DNA of 64,000 bases from Eledone cirrhosa (GCA_964016885.1 CAXHJY010001591.1:194588-258587), one strand, 5' to 3'. Counted from the first letter of the stretch, positions 48,795-63,235 are shown. Numbers and translations: made by a program. The notes: generated by a model not told the origin, from the sequence alone.

Positions 48795-50400
48795 CATCAT
48801 TTAATGGCCGTTTTCCCTGCTACCATCACTGACCTGGTCAGTACTCAAGCAGAGCTACTGACCTCTCAGAAGGACCAGGTAGGCAGGATCTTCACTACAG
48901 TATGTTCCTGTGCGTTACCGAGTGCATTTTATTATGGCACTAGCTGGTTGTTATGATTTAGACACAACTGAAAAGGTCTCCCAACCCTTTGTTTCGCAGG
49001 TTTTATAGTGCTGGAATTTTGCTTCTAATTCTCCCACAAATTCAGCTTGTAAGAACTAAATCATCAGCATACAGGAGTGCCCGTACAGTCCCAATTTTTA
49101 ATTCTTCTGTATTGCTTGAAGGATAATGCTTTTGTAGTAGTTTATAATTATACTGCTGTGCCAATCATTTACTTGATTAATTATGCGTCTCACTAACTCG
49201 TAACCTACCATGCAAGATGTTTTTAACATCTCGGCTATTATACTAGAATGTCCACCTGCCTTCCCTGCCTTCAATACTTTGTTGCTCTGCTATCAACTTT
49301 TATGGCTGACCCCTCAGCTGGGCCTACATGAGGTAGACCCTCACTGTTCCATTCTCTTTGTTCAATAGTCTCGGAGTAGATCCTCCATTCCTATTTCTTC
49401 TCGGCATCAGACAGTGCATGTGCTCCAGTATCATTTTGAACACACTTTTTCCTCACTACTTCATGATTTTCTCTTGCACACTGTCTTGCAAATTCGGAAT
49501 ACTTCACGATGCAGGATATGTGCAAACTTTTTTTCTGCCTCTTGTTTGGTGTACTGGGTGCCTGGTTTCTTTTTTAGCTATTTGATATTGCTCTTTGTTT
49601 CCCCCATTCTGTCAGTCTCTCCAGGCTTGTCTTTTTGTTTTTATGGCTCTGCATTACCATTTCACAATCACCTCATTCTTTATCTAACTGGCAATCTTAC
49701 TCTATCTTCAGACCTAGTCCATTGCTTTCAACAGGTTGTTTCAGAAATTCCAAATTTTTCTCTCTGCTGAGAGTTCTCGCCGTTTCCTTCTTCAGACTGT
49801 CTTTTGTCTCTTAGTCTATGTAGCCCTTATTCTAAAGTCACGAGCAATTAATCTATGTTGGGAGGGTCTTGGCATTTATGACTGTTTAGCTATCCCGTTT
49901 TCTGGTGAAGATAAAGTCTATTTGGGTTGTATACCCCCCACCTTCTTCCCTGATTGGTAGGTAATCCGGTGGCTGGTTTCCTGTAGTCTGTGTTGCAGAT
50001 GGTTAGGTGATATGCATTGCAGAACTTCTGAAGCCTAAACTCCTCATTGCCTCCATGTATATCGGGAAAGTCGTCATAGTGTTTCTCAATATGTCAATTG
50101 AAGTTACCAGATCAGTCATTTATCATTGAGGTAGTCTGTAAGAGGACCTTATAGAAGTGGTCCCTTTGCTTGTCTGCAGAGAGAGTATAGTGGTTGTTAT
50201 ATTGACCAAGGCTAGTCTAAGTTTAATTGGCCTATTACACACTCTGATTAGCTCAATAACCTGGTTCTCTCATCCTGAAGAATTTGTATCCTGTGCCTGT
50301 GGTGAATTTGCTCAAAGCTTTTTTCCACCTTGTATAGAGGACACATTTGTCTCTGTTCTAGCATCTCCACAATCTCACTAGACCTACCTTTTATTGTTCT
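48795..50400 (-). mobile_element. Heavily decayed RTE LINE
   Basis: The reverse complement carries remnants of GNFN, ICNT, AEMLK and LLYADDL, plus the RTE-like tail. Confidence 0.7.
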
Positions 50401-51139
50401 GACATTTATAGTGGCAATTATGAAGTTCTAAACCTGATAGGAAGAGGGTTGAATTAGTGTTTTGTTCTTTTCCTGGGCTTGAGAGGTAGAGGATGAACAT
50501 AAGCAATTTTTGAATTCTGAAGTAACCTGTATAGCCTTTACTATAGTTTGGGGAACATATATATACACATGGGAGGGAATGGCTTCTTGCTTGCTTTTGT
50601 GAAAGATTGTTTTAAAATCCATCTCTTTCAGAAAATCTTAGCTTAAGCTCTACTTTCTAGAATTTACGATTGTACTTAAAATTTAAAAGTCAAAACACCC
50701 AAAGGAGAAAGTGTGTATGAAGCAGAGAAGAAAAAACACTGATTACAATTAAAAATTAAAAATCTGTATTTAAGTTTTAAGTTGTTAAAACTTAAATACA
50801 GATTTAGGGTATTTGTGATGTAGTGATCCTTCAGTATATGTATTTGTAAGATGGAGAGAACCAGGCAGTAATAATAGTATGACTGATGATGGCAGTAGTG
50901 GTGCTTGAGATGGCTCTGACTGAAAGCCAAGTCTCCTTAAAGGAAGGTGGAAGAGATAGTTATGACCAGGCATGATTTTTTACAGATGACCCATCCCCAA
51001 ACTTCTATTAATGGGAATCAGAAGTGGTAGTAATGGTGACAGATAGAAAATTACGAAGATCAGGAAAACTCTGGATTTAAGTAAATTTTGCATAGATTGT
51101 TGTAATCATAGAATTTTTATGTTAGACATTTTTTACTGT

Positions 51140-52235
51140 TTATCCCATTCTTTCTGATGGGTGCTTGTTCTTCAGAGGGAAGAGTGTCCTATCAGAAGAA
51201 ACCGTCTCTAAATCATCTGGCCGGATCCCTAAACAAGACCAACCAAACTTATGGATGATATCCAACTATCTTGCTTGTGGTTTGCATCAAGTCTCCTTCT
51301 GATTAGCTCTGCTCTTAAAATCTGTCATGTGATTCTTTCCTTAGACATTCTAACCCTGTCTGAAGTGCTGGAGCTGTGATATCTTGATGTGGAGAAGTAG
51401 CAGCTCTACCTGGAGCAACTCCCTGATCTCTGAGCAACACAATCTATTCAGTAACATTACACCAAAGACCCTCCAGAAGAACCCCATTTCAGTCCCTTGT
51501 TTCTTTTGGTCACTACCCATAGGTATGGGTAGGCACGAATATTGAATAGAAGATAGCAAGTTTAGGTATTACACCCTTTTGATGACCGAGTGCTGAATCT
51601 GGTGCATTATGTCATCAGTTCCAGTAATTCTTGCATTTAATTCAGCCTCCTGCCTTCTATCACTCTTGAAGATGGCCCTGCGATATTTGTACTTCTCCAC
51701 CTGCTTCAGTGCAACTCCACTCATATGCAAAACACACTATGCAGGGTTTCTCAAAAAGGTGAATGTCTCAATTTTTCTAGCACTAATTTTCGTTCCTATT
51801 GTGAAGCATTTAACAGCAATCTTTCCCAGTGCATGCTGGAGCTCCCCTCCCAACAGGTTAAGTACCACCATGTCATTTGCAAATATTAGCCAACTGATAC
51901 TACACACTTCAGTTTTCATACCACTTCCATCCATGCTGTGCATTTCAATCCTTTTCATGAAAATTATGAACAGAAGTCACAATATTAATTCCTGTTGGAG
52001 TCTGACACTCACATTGAATAGCACCATCTATCAGAACACATAGAACAATCATACTGTAACAAGTTTGCATAGCGTGTGAGGGAGCCCAAAGCAGTTTTGT
52101 TAATGTTAGGCGATGTGAGGACCAAAAGTATGTCATGTTCTGCATTGTAAAACAGTGTCAGTGTCAATTTGGATGTTGCTGGGGGAAAAATGTGTTCAGA
52201 ATGGCATAAGTGCACTTAACTTCATTGATGCTCCA
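51140..52235 (-). mobile_element. Decayed RTE (Rex3-like) 3' half
   Basis: LIFANDMVVL, VEKYKY and ELLQVELLLLHI..SQL. It is cut at the edge of the duplication. Confidence 0.6.
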
Positions 52236-52238
52236 GGC

Positions 52239-53521
52239 AAAATTTTTGAAACCTGCAAATCAACGCTAATTTTTTAACCCCACCACACTTCTTCAAAGAT
52301 ACCAAATCTAGCAAAGATTCTTATTATATAGCTAAACAAATTCAGCAAAAGGTGGCCTCAATTTTCACCAAAATTTCCCCCTAAACTCCTTGATCATTCT
52401 TATTTTCTTACTCTCTAAATTAATTTCATTTTCAAATCTGAATACAGAAGTTTGCAAATTTGAATAAAATCATCAAATGGCTAAATGTTTGAAATGAGTT
52501 CTTATTAATAAGAATTTTCAGATGTGAAAAATGAATAGCCACATCTTTAAAGACGTGATTATTCATCTGAACATGTAGTTAATTGTTCTCTTATTTGACT
52601 GAGATCATAATATTGTTAATCATCGTCCTCATTTAACGTCTATTTTCCACGCTAGCATAGGTTAGACGGGCTTGTCCCATTTGAGCCAAGTTGGGTCGGG
52701 TGACCGTGTCTTGCTCATATAGGACTGTTTCTGGCTGGTTTTCTACAGCTGAATGCCCTTCCCAATGCCAACCACATTTACAGTGTGTCCTGGGTGCTTG
52801 ATGTGTGTCTCCTACACAACCACTTTACAGTGTAGTCTGGATGTTTTATAATACCAACATAACTTTACAGAGTAAGGGTGGTGTGAGAGGGATGTGTAGA
52901 GGGTGTGAGGGTGTATATTGGATAAAAAGGTACCTACTGAGTGTTTAAGTTTAAGTCTGTGCACAAGAGAAGGCGGGTCTTCTATATTGCTGCATAGCCC
53001 CAAAGATCTCGATCCTATGTCATTGTCTTAGAGAGGTGCAAGTGTGCAAGGTCAGCTTTTAGCATCTTGTCCCAGGACTTTCTGGGTCTTCCTACTCCGT
53101 AGCTTCCATCAATTTTGAATGCCCACCACTTTATTATACAACTTTATGCATCACATGTCCATATCAATGTAATCTTCTCTCCTGCACACAGCATTTGATT
53201 ATTCCTCTTATGCCTAATTTCTCACTTAGTTCATTTACGCTTTGCTGTTTGTGTAACACATCCATCGGAGCATGCCAGCTCCATTTCTTTCCAATCTGCA
53301 CAGATCCTCTGCACACAATGCCCAGGTTTCACTACTATGTAACATTACTGTTCGTATACAAGCATCGTACAATCTGCCTTTCATTTTTAGGGAGAAACCT
53401 TTTATGGCCAACAGCGGTATTAGCTCTCTGAACTTCTTCCATCCTGTTCTTATTCTAGCTACTGTACTTTCAGAGCACCCTCCACCACTGCTGATTTTGT
53501 CACCCAGGTAACGGAAAGTGT
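52239..53521 (+). repeat. Local duplication, copy B (partner 39732-41110)
   Basis: See copy A. Confidence 0.93.
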
Positions 53522-54277
53522 TTACTATTTCTATAGAACCATCTGGGCAATAGAAGGAGCTAGTATCCTGTGGACACTTGCTACTTATTGCACCTGAGCA
53601 TCGGCCACATATAAAGTCTATGTTCTTAGATAGTTTACCTGTGATCCCGCTACATCTTTTATGTACCCATACTTTGCATGACATAAAATTGAATTTCTGC
53701 CTACTCCTTTCCTACACACTGAGCAAGGCCATTTCCCTGAGGGTACCTGTGCCTTATTTTCCTTTCTACAAACTAGGACTTTAGTCTTAGACAAGTTAAC
53801 TTTATGGCCTTTTGATTCTAGGCCATGCTTCCATGTTTGGAATTTCTTTTCTAGTTCAGCCATTGATTCAGCTATGAGCGTTAGATCATCTGCATATAGG
53901 AGTTCCCATGGGCAGCCGGTCTTGAACTCCTCTGTTATAGCCTGAAGGGCAATAATAAATAGGAGGGGGCTAAGGACAGAGCCTTGGTGAACACCAACTT
54001 TTACACTAAATTCTTCACAATATTCATTGTTAATTCTAACCTTACTGACTGTTTCATTATACATAGCTTGTATAGCTCTCACAAGCCATTCATCTACACC
54101 TAGTTTTCTAAGAGCCCACCAGATAATGGAGCGGGGGACCCTGTCAAAGGCTTTTTCCAAGTCTACAATAGCTAAGTAGAGGGGTTTACTTTTAGCTAGG
54201 TACTTCTCTTGTAGTTGTTGTACAAGGAAAAGAGCGTCTGTGGTACTTTTACCTGACACAAACCCAAACTGCATTTC
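52619..54277 (-). mobile_element. 5'-truncated (chimeric) RTE LINE
   Basis: ORFs 53618-54331 and 53235-53684 have EMQFGF, DLEKAFDRVP, LLYADDL and the PHD-like region. Confidence 0.92.
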
Positions 54278-54640
54278 AGTAGGCACCTCTAACAAAATAC
54301 ACCCCTGTCCCACTACCCCCACCCCATCCACACCACCCCCTTAAATGTGAAGTTATGTTGGTACCACAACATCCAGTCCGAAACAAATGAGGTCATGTAG
54401 GTGTCACAACAAAAAAACACAGTCCACGTTGTAATGTGGTCGTGTAGGTAACACGGTAAAAACCTCCAAGTCCACACTGTAAATGTGGTTGGTGTTAGGA
54501 AGGGCACCCAGCCGTAGAAAACCTGCCAGACAGTCCTATATGAGCAGAACAACCAATCTTGTCTCAAGTGGGAAAATTCCCGTCCAAACCCATGCAAGCG
54601 TGGAAGATGGACGTTAAACGATGATGATGATGATGATGAT
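54277..54640 (+). mobile_element. RTE 3' UTR/tail abutting the minus-strand RTE
   Basis: Homologous to 12238-12606, with a (GAT)n tail. Confidence 0.85.
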
Positions 54641-55089
54641 GTATCCATTAATTATAAAATATCACTAATCATGATTAAATGTCCCCTTTACATGTTCGTA
54701 CCCAAGTAGACATATATCCATAAAGACATATCCACACATAATACACGATTATATAGGCAGTCACACACAATCAATATGTTCAGAATGAACACCCTATACA
54801 TAATATGAATCTGCCAATGCCACAGCAGCTGGGGAACATGAAGCCTTTCTGCTTTACAACCCCCACCTCACCTACTTTCATTTATATCTCACCTACCAGC
54901 ATATTTTCTAACTTCTTGGACAGCACTGACTTTGTTTACAAATGTAGAGCCTGAAGAATGGTTGGTCTCAACCAAATTTAAAATATATATTGCATTTTTG
55001 TAAATCTAACATTATAACTCTTTACACAAGATAGCATTCTCTCCACTCTTTTGGATATTGAAACTGTTACTGCATCTATCTATCTATTA

Positions 55090-55327
55090 CATGGTGGCTG
55101 CCAACTCGTTTTCGAGTACGGCCACTACTTTATATCCATGTAGGAGAACCCCTACCGATGCGCTGAACGAGTGTGACTTTTTAGTCCAGCCAGCGACTTG
55201 AAAACTCTGGTAGAAACACTGCACTTGTGACAATTATTGACACATAGTGCTGGGCCCATGGTACCATGTGACGACAAGTGCAGAGAGATCTCCAGATATA
55301 AAGCAATGCCTGTGCCATGAAGCTTTT
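55090..55327 (-). mobile_element. Non-autonomous retroelement, copy 3 (truncated), next to a (CATA)n/(CCATA)n array to ~55525
   Basis: Highly similar to 6151-6388. Confidence 0.8.
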
Positions 55328-55699
55328 AAATACATGCATGCATACATACATGCATACATGCATACATGCATACATACATACATACATACCAAACATACAT
55401 ACATACATACCAAACATACATACATACATACCAAACATACATACATACATACCAAACATACATACATACCAAACATACATACCAAACATACTACCATACC
55501 ATACCAACATACTACCATACCATACATGTGTGTGTGTATATATATATTTATATATATATTGTATGTGTAATGTCAGATGACATCACTTGTGCTGATGGCA
55601 TAGAATGTACCAATTCCACATAAAGTAGTTGAGGATAAGAAGGGCATCTAACACAGTAATTGCATATGGACTAACTCTAATTATGTAAGTGTTGTGCAT

Positions 55700-57800
55700 G
55701 ATAGTAGTGTGGCTAACTTAGTCATGTGCAAGAATCCCTCGATTGCCATCAAGCAATCACACAACAACTTTTCCATTCAGGTACAGAAAGCTGCAACCAA
55801 CAGATGAACCAACTGTCAGATAACACATCTCAGAGCTACCACTCTAAAAGATAGATCCAGAGAAATTGTGGTGTTGCTTAAGCGAAGACCAGTAGATATG
55901 TTCTATGGTCAAGAAGTGAGATAAAAGGGAGCTTCAGCTAGATAATCACCTGTATAATCAATTAGATAATACAGCATGATGCCATACACAATGACTTGCA
56001 TAGCAGTATAATCATTAATTCTTACAAGGGAAAGGGTGATGCTTTAAAAAGGAGCAACTGCAGAGGGAAAATATCATATTAAATGAGATACAATTTGGTC
56101 TTATGCCAGGAAGGAGCACTGCAGATGCCTTCTTCTTAGTGAGATAGCTACAAGTGAAATTCCTAACTATGTGTAAGCTACTATATCAAACTTACATTGA
56201 TCTGGAGAAGGCCTTTGACAGAGTTCCACAGTTTGTTATGCAGTTTTTAAGGAAAATGAGGGTAGATAAAGTGGTGTGTGAGAGCAGTACATGTACAGAA
56301 GTGCTGTCAACAAAGTGAGTCATCCTCATCATCACCATTTAACATCTATTTTTCATGTTTGCACGAGTTAGATGAGTTTTCATGTCAGGTAACGATGTCT
56401 TGCTTATACAAATCTATTTTTCGCTTGGTTTTCTATGGTGGGATGCCCTTCATAACATCAACTACATTACAGCATGTACAGGGAGCTTTTCTTGTGGCAC
56501 AGCCACTTAATAGGGTGGTAAGGGTGGTTTTTATGTCATAGTACCAACATGACCACCTCATAGGGTTGACTGGGTGCCTTTTGCTGTTGTAGCACCATCA
56601 TTATCACCGTACAGGCTGGACTAGGTGTTATTTCTTTCTTTTTTTTTTTTTGGCACCATAGTGGAACATATCTGACTTTCCATGTGTACATGCATGGGTT
56701 GGACTGGAAAGGTGTATCAGAGGTGTGTAGGGGGTACATCAATATAGTCCTTAGACATCCACTTCCATGCTTGCTGGATAGGAAACCATGTTTAGTTCAT
56801 ACATTCTGTTCTTGCTTTGATCAGACATTTTGGTGTGGTATGGGGTGTGTCCTGTTTTCATTGCTGGTATGGGTTGGGATAGTGCTGCCTTTCAAAGCTG
56901 GATGAATTTGGATGAGGGATTGGGAGAGAGCTGGCTTTCCGTAATAGTGGGAGTTGTTGAGTTGTTGGATATGCAAGGTGGGGTGAGTATTATGTTGGTG
57001 AGGTGTATGAAGGACATACAGCATCTCAAGAATTTTCTAGGTCTTCCTCTTTTTATAGTTTCCAACAACTTTGAGCACTCTGCACCTTTTTATGCAACTA
57101 TCATTTTCTATATCATCACATGTCCATAACACTGCAGTTTCATGCACACTGCATCTGATACCTCTTATATGAATAATGAATTTAGTGAGGAATTCAATGT
57201 GCAGATGGGTGTTCCTCACCCCACTTTTTTTTTATTATAGTTCTCCAGACCATAACAGAAGTTTAAGCCTGGTTACCCATGGATGTGTGATGTTAATATG
57301 CATGAATGGTGAAGCATAGATGGGCTGAAAGAAAAGTTGGGTATAAGAGAAATCGATGTAGTGTGCGGGAGACGAGACTGCACTGGTATGGATATGCAAG
57401 GCATATGGATGAACTACCAGGAGTTCCCAGTGAAAGGAAGCTGCAGTAGAGAAAGAACTAGGCAGAAGTGGTGTGAGCAAATCTCAAAAAGCTGAGTCTT
57501 CCAGTGTAGTAAATCTTGCTCTGACTCTTTTACTCTTTCGTTCTTGTTCTGGCTTGTTTCATTCACAACTTTTACCCTTTTCTTTATAGCTCTCTTCTGT
57601 GTTTTGTGGTTGGTTGCTGTCTTCCATGCAGTCATGTTCAGGCCATCCACTTCGTTCAGGTATCTTTTGATATCATCCTTATGAGTTTTGGTTGTTCTCT
57701 TCAACAGTTTCTACATTTCAGCTCATTATAGATCCTAGACATGCAACTGGCAGCCCATAAGCTTTATCATGCGTCGAGGATAGTGTGTAGGTCTCATCAG
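55700..57800. mobile_element. Mosaic of decayed RTE fragments on both strands
   Basis: YKGKGDAL and DLEKAFDRVP (+), RTE tails (-), and a BovB-like C-terminus (-). Confidence 0.65.
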
Positions 57801-58094
57801 AGTACAACAGACAAGATAGCACTACTGCTTGAATAGTGGAATGACCCCCCCCCCCCTCTCTTTATATATATATATATATATATATACATACATACATACA
57901 CATGTAGATGCACACGTATATATACATAGGTGTGTGTGTGTATAAATATATGAGGTGTTCGCAATATGAGTTGTATTCGATGCATGTAAGGGCACTGTTG
58001 TTAGAGCAATTAGTAAAATTCCAATGGATGGCGCAATTCGTTTTGGCTGGCCTGCAAGCATACTCGTTTTGTATACACACACACACACATATGT

Positions 58095-60165
58095 ATCATC
58101 ATTCATCATTTCATTTTACGTTCGTTTTTTCCCTACTTGCAAGGGTGGGATGGAAACTGATGCTGGCTTGATTTATACAGCTGGATGCCCTTCCTAACAC
58201 CAACCTCATTTACAGTGAGTGCTGCGTGCTTTTTTGCCGTGGCCCCTCCACGACCACTTTGCAGTGGAATGATATGGACCCCAGTTCCTATCATCTCATT
58301 TCTACAGCTGAGTAAACTGGAGCAATCTGAAATAAAGTGTCTTGCACCCGGTCTGAGAATTGAACTCACAACCTTTCGATTGCAAGGCCAATGCTCTAAC
58401 CACTAAGCCATGTGCCTCCATGTATATGCGTATGTATTTCTCTCTCTCTTTATGTGTGTATATATATATATACAAAGTGGTCGTGGAGGTGCCACGGCAA
58501 AAAAGCACCTAGCCCACACTGTAAAGGTGCCACGGAAAAAAAGCACCCTCACTATAAATGCGGTTGGTGTTAGGAAGGGCATCCAGCTGTAGAAATCAAA
58601 CCAGAATCAGTTCCTGTCCCACCCTTGCAAGCAGGGAAAAGCGGACATAAAATGAAGTGTGTATGTATAAGTATGTATATCATCATCATCGTTTAACTTC
58701 CATTTTCCATGCTAGCATGGGTTAAGCGGGTCGTTCCATTGAGACAAGCCAGTTCCAGTGCCCGTGTCTTGCTCATATAGGACTTTTTTTGGCTAGGTTT
58801 CTACGGCTGGATGCCCTTCCTAACGCCAACCACATTTACAGTATGTGCTGGGTGCTTTTAGCCATAACACCTACACAACCACTTTACAGTGTGGGCTAGA
58901 TATATTTTGTTTACAGTGTAGGGTGGTGTGGACAGGAGTGGTTAAGAGGTGCTTACTAGGTGTATATGTATATAAATATATGTATATGTATATATATGTG
59001 CATATATGTATATATCATCATCATCGTTTAACGTCGATCTTCCACGCTAGCATGGGTTAGATGGGAATTGTCCCATTTGAGGTAAGATTGGTCGGGTGAC
59101 CGTGTCTCGCTCATATAAGACTATCTGGCAGGTTTTCTACAGTTGGATGACCTTCCTAACACCAACCACATTTACAGTGTTTACTGGGCGCTGAAGGTGG
59201 AAGACTTACATAGATTAGAGAGAAACGAAGCCTGCATGCTCCGATGGATGTGTAACAGTAATATACGTGAACGACAAAGCATAAATGAATTGAGAGAGAG
59301 ACTGAGCATAAGAGGAATCAAATGCTGTGTGCAGGAGAGGCGGTTACGCTGGTATGGACATGTGATGCGTATGAAGGATGACAGCTGCATAAAAAGGTGC
59401 AGAGCACTAGAAGTTGATGGAAACCGCAGAGTGGGGAGACTCAAGATGACCTGGGATGAGGTGATAAAAGCCGACCTTACCCAATTACACCTCTCATAGG
59501 TAATGACACACGACCGTGACCTCTGGCGTCACGCAGTAATACAGAGTACCCGACCTACCATGGGTACAAGCTGAAGCATATAGACAATATGCCCCCCCCC
59601 CCCCCACCGCAAGGTGGTCGTGGAGGTGCCACGGCAAAAAAGCACCCAGCCCACACTGTAAAGTGGACGTGTAGGCGCCACGAAAAAGCAGCCAGCACTC
59701 ACTGTAAATGAGGTTGGTGTTAGGAAGAGCATCCAGCTGTAGAAATCAAGCCAAATCAGTTCCTGTATGAGCAAGGCATGGTCAGCCGACCAGACACTGC
59801 CCACAACAGGACAACCCGTCTAACCCATGCTAGCGTGGAAGAACGGACGTAAAACGATGATGATGATGATGATGATGACTGGGAGCTTTTTACCGTGTTA
59901 CCTACACGACCATTTCCCCAACCATCTCCCCTCCCAAACACCCTCTAGGCTGTAATAATCCCGCCCATACACCTACGTCCTCAATGTGCTCTCGGCACAC
60001 ACTGTAAATGTGGTTGGCATTACAAAGGGCATCCAGTTGTAGAAGCCAAGGCCAAATCAGTTCTGTGTGAGCAAAACGTGATTTTCCAACATGATCTCTG
60101 AGACTGCCTGTCCTACCCATGCTAGCATGGAAAATGTACGTTAAACGATGGTGGTGGTGGTGGTT
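58095..60165. mobile_element. Cluster of SINEs and RTE 3' ends, including RTE fragment 59185-59878 (+)
   Basis: GTTGGTGTTAGGAAGGGCATCCAGCTGTAGAAA recurs on both strands. ORF 59143-59499 has RLRWYGHVMR. Confidence 0.8.
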
Positions 60166-60245
60166 GTGTGTGTGTGTGTGTGTGTATAATGTAAGTAGCT
60201 GTTGAAGCACCAAGAATTCTGCCGTCGGGTTCCGACTCTTTCTAG

Positions 60246-60287
<42 letters not shown>

Positions 60288-60605
60288 CATACACACACAC
60301 TCGTGTGTGTGCGTGACTGCATGTACATCTGTAAATAGTGGACAGTATTAGTCACTACACTACGTAAGTGACTAAACTTGTTAAAAGTCTCACTGGTGTA
60401 GTGTTTCGTTCATTTCACTCTTGTGCTAATATTTAATCTTTTATTCTCTCTCTCCCTTTCTCCCTCTCCTTCTGGTGATTTTATTATTGTTTCCCTGCCT
60501 ACTCTTCTGGCAAATACTTAAGAGATGTTTTTTATTCATCGCCTCATAAACTAAAATATTTACATATCTTTGTTTCTTTCAGTACATTACTGTTTAAAAC
60601 ACTTA

Positions 60606-60621
60606 AGTGTGTATATATGTA

Positions 60622-60666
<45 letters not shown>

Positions 60667-61022
60667 GAAAGGTATAGAAAGGTATAGATATGTGTATAGA
60701 TATGTGTATATATATATGTGTGTGTATATATGTGTGTGTATATATGTGTGTGTATATATGTGTGTGTATATATGTGTGTGTATATATGTGTGTATATATA
60801 TGTGTGTGTATATATATGTGTATATATATGTATATATATATGTGTATATATATGTGTGTGTATATATGTGTATATATATGTGTATATATATGTGTGTATA
60901 TATATGTGTATATATATGTGTATATATATGTGTATATATGTGTGTATATATGTGTGTATATATATGTGTATATATATGTGTATATATATATGTGTGTATA
61001 TATATGTGTGTATATATATATA

Positions 61023-61071
<49 letters not shown>

Positions 61072-61158
61072 ATGTGTGTGTTTATGTGTGTGTATGTGTG
61101 TGTGTGTGTGTGTATATATGTGTGTGTGTGTGTATATATATGTGTGTGTGTGTGTGTG

Positions 61159-61229
<71 letters not shown>

Positions 61230-61274
61230 ATATATATGTGTGTATATATATATATGTGTGTGTGTGTATATATA
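60606..61274. repeat. Compound (TA)n/(TG)n microsatellite
   Basis: Directly visible. Confidence 0.97.
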
Positions 61275-62876
61275 CAGTGCCCTGCAAAAGTTTACAACAC
61301 ATTAGGAAAAATGCAGTTTTAGGTATTTTTAATAAAGTTAGGGTAATGAAAATTTAACTACTGATAGAACATATAATGAGGCATTTAATGATACAATCAT
61401 ATTTTTAAAAAAATAACAAGGAAATAACACATGAAGAAAAATCAATATTTTTATAACGCAAAAGTTTACAACACATTTTATATTTATCGCTTTTTTTCAA
61501 GAAAATTTTTAAATTTTCAGATTTAAAATTCAGTAGAATGTTCTAGATTAGGTTTAAGGTAACGTCTAAGGACTATTAAAAACATTACATCATTATTTGT
61601 CTGACAACCATCCTGTAAACATTGACAACCGTCTTGTAAACATGGACAATATGGGGAAAAATAAACTGATTGATCAAGACCTCTGTAAACGCATTGTAGA
61701 CCTTCATACAAATGGTGTTGGTTATAGAAAGATATCTTGTCAGTTAAATGTGCCATTGAGTTCAGTTGGTACAATAATTCGTCACTGGAAATCTCATCAT
61801 TCCATCTGTCCTCTAATTAGTTCTGGTTGTCCTAGAAAGATAACGGAACGTGCAGCTCGGTTATGGACGAGAAAGGTTGGCAACGAACACAGGTGTACTC
61901 TTAAAAATGTTCAGGATGACCTAGAAGAAAGTGGAGTAAAAGTGAGCACAGATAAAATTAGTCGTTCACTTCGTCGATATAATATCTTCTCGAGGTCTCC
62001 AAGGAAAACACCACTTCTTACGAGGAAACACGTTCTTCGTCGATTAAACTTTGCAAATGAGCATCTCATCAAACCTGCGTCATTTTGGGAAGATGTACTT
62101 TAGTCGGACGAAACAAAAATTGAACATTTTGGTCGAAATGCTGTGGCAAAAGTCTGGAGAAAGAAATGTACCGAATATTCGCTGAATAATACTATTCCAA
62201 CTGTAAAATTTGGAGGTGGATCAATCATGGTCTGGGGTTGCTTTAGTGCCACAGGAGTAGGAAATATTGAAATAATAGAAGGAAGAATGGGTGGCACTTA
62301 TTATAGAGGTATTTTGCAAAGGAATTTACATCAAAGTGCACATTCTCTCAGCTTAAAGCCAGGTTGGTTTTTTCAACAAGATAACAATCCAAAGCATACT
62401 GCAAAGCTAACACAATCTTGGTTAAGTACGAATGGAATAAATGTTCTAAAATGACCATGTCGGTCTCCAGATCTTAACCCGATCGAAAGTTTGTGAAGAG
62501 AATTCAAAAAAGGAAACCCCAAAATATCCCTGAACTAAAGAAAATTTGTTGTGAAGAATGGATAAATATTAGCCAAGAAACATGCAAAAAGTTTGAAGGA
62601 GGCTACTCCAAACGCCCTACAGGCTGTAATTAGCAACAAAGGTTACGCTACGAAATGTTAAGAGATGATTTAATAAATGTGTTGTAAACTTTTGCGTTAT
62701 AAAATATTGATTTTTCTTCATGAGTTATTTCCTTGTTATTTTTTTAAAACCATGATTGTATCATTAAATGCCTCATTATATGTTCTATCGGTAGTTAAAT
62801 TTTCATTACCCTAACTTTATTAAAAATACCTAAAACCGCATTTTTCCTAATGTGTTGTAAAATTTTATGGGCACTG
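61275..62876 (+). mobile_element. Near-complete Tc1 transposon (IR/DR type, DD34E) with transposase pseudogene at 61651-62661
   Basis: TA|CAGTGCCC...GGGCACTG|TA. The ~203-bp TIRs (61275-61478, 62675-62876) each carry two AAAAGTTTACAACACATT direct repeats. Motifs are GCPRK, SDETK, QQDNNPKH and SPDLNPIE (34 residues between D and E). There are three stops and a frameshift. Confidence 0.96.
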
Positions 62877-62900
62877 TATATATCTATATATGTGTATATA

Positions 62901-62986
<86 letters not shown>

Positions 62987-62994
62987 TATATATA

Positions 62995-63027
<33 letters not shown>

Positions 63028-63088
63028 GTGTGTGTATATATATATGTGTGTGTGTGTATATATATGTGTGTGTGTGTATATATATATA

Positions 63089-63119
<31 letters not shown>

Positions 63120-63235
63120 GTGTGTGTATATATATATGTGTGTGTGTATATATATATATATTGTGTGTGTATATATATTTATATATGTGTGTGTATATAT
63201 ATATGTGTGTGTGTATATATATATATGTGTGTGTG

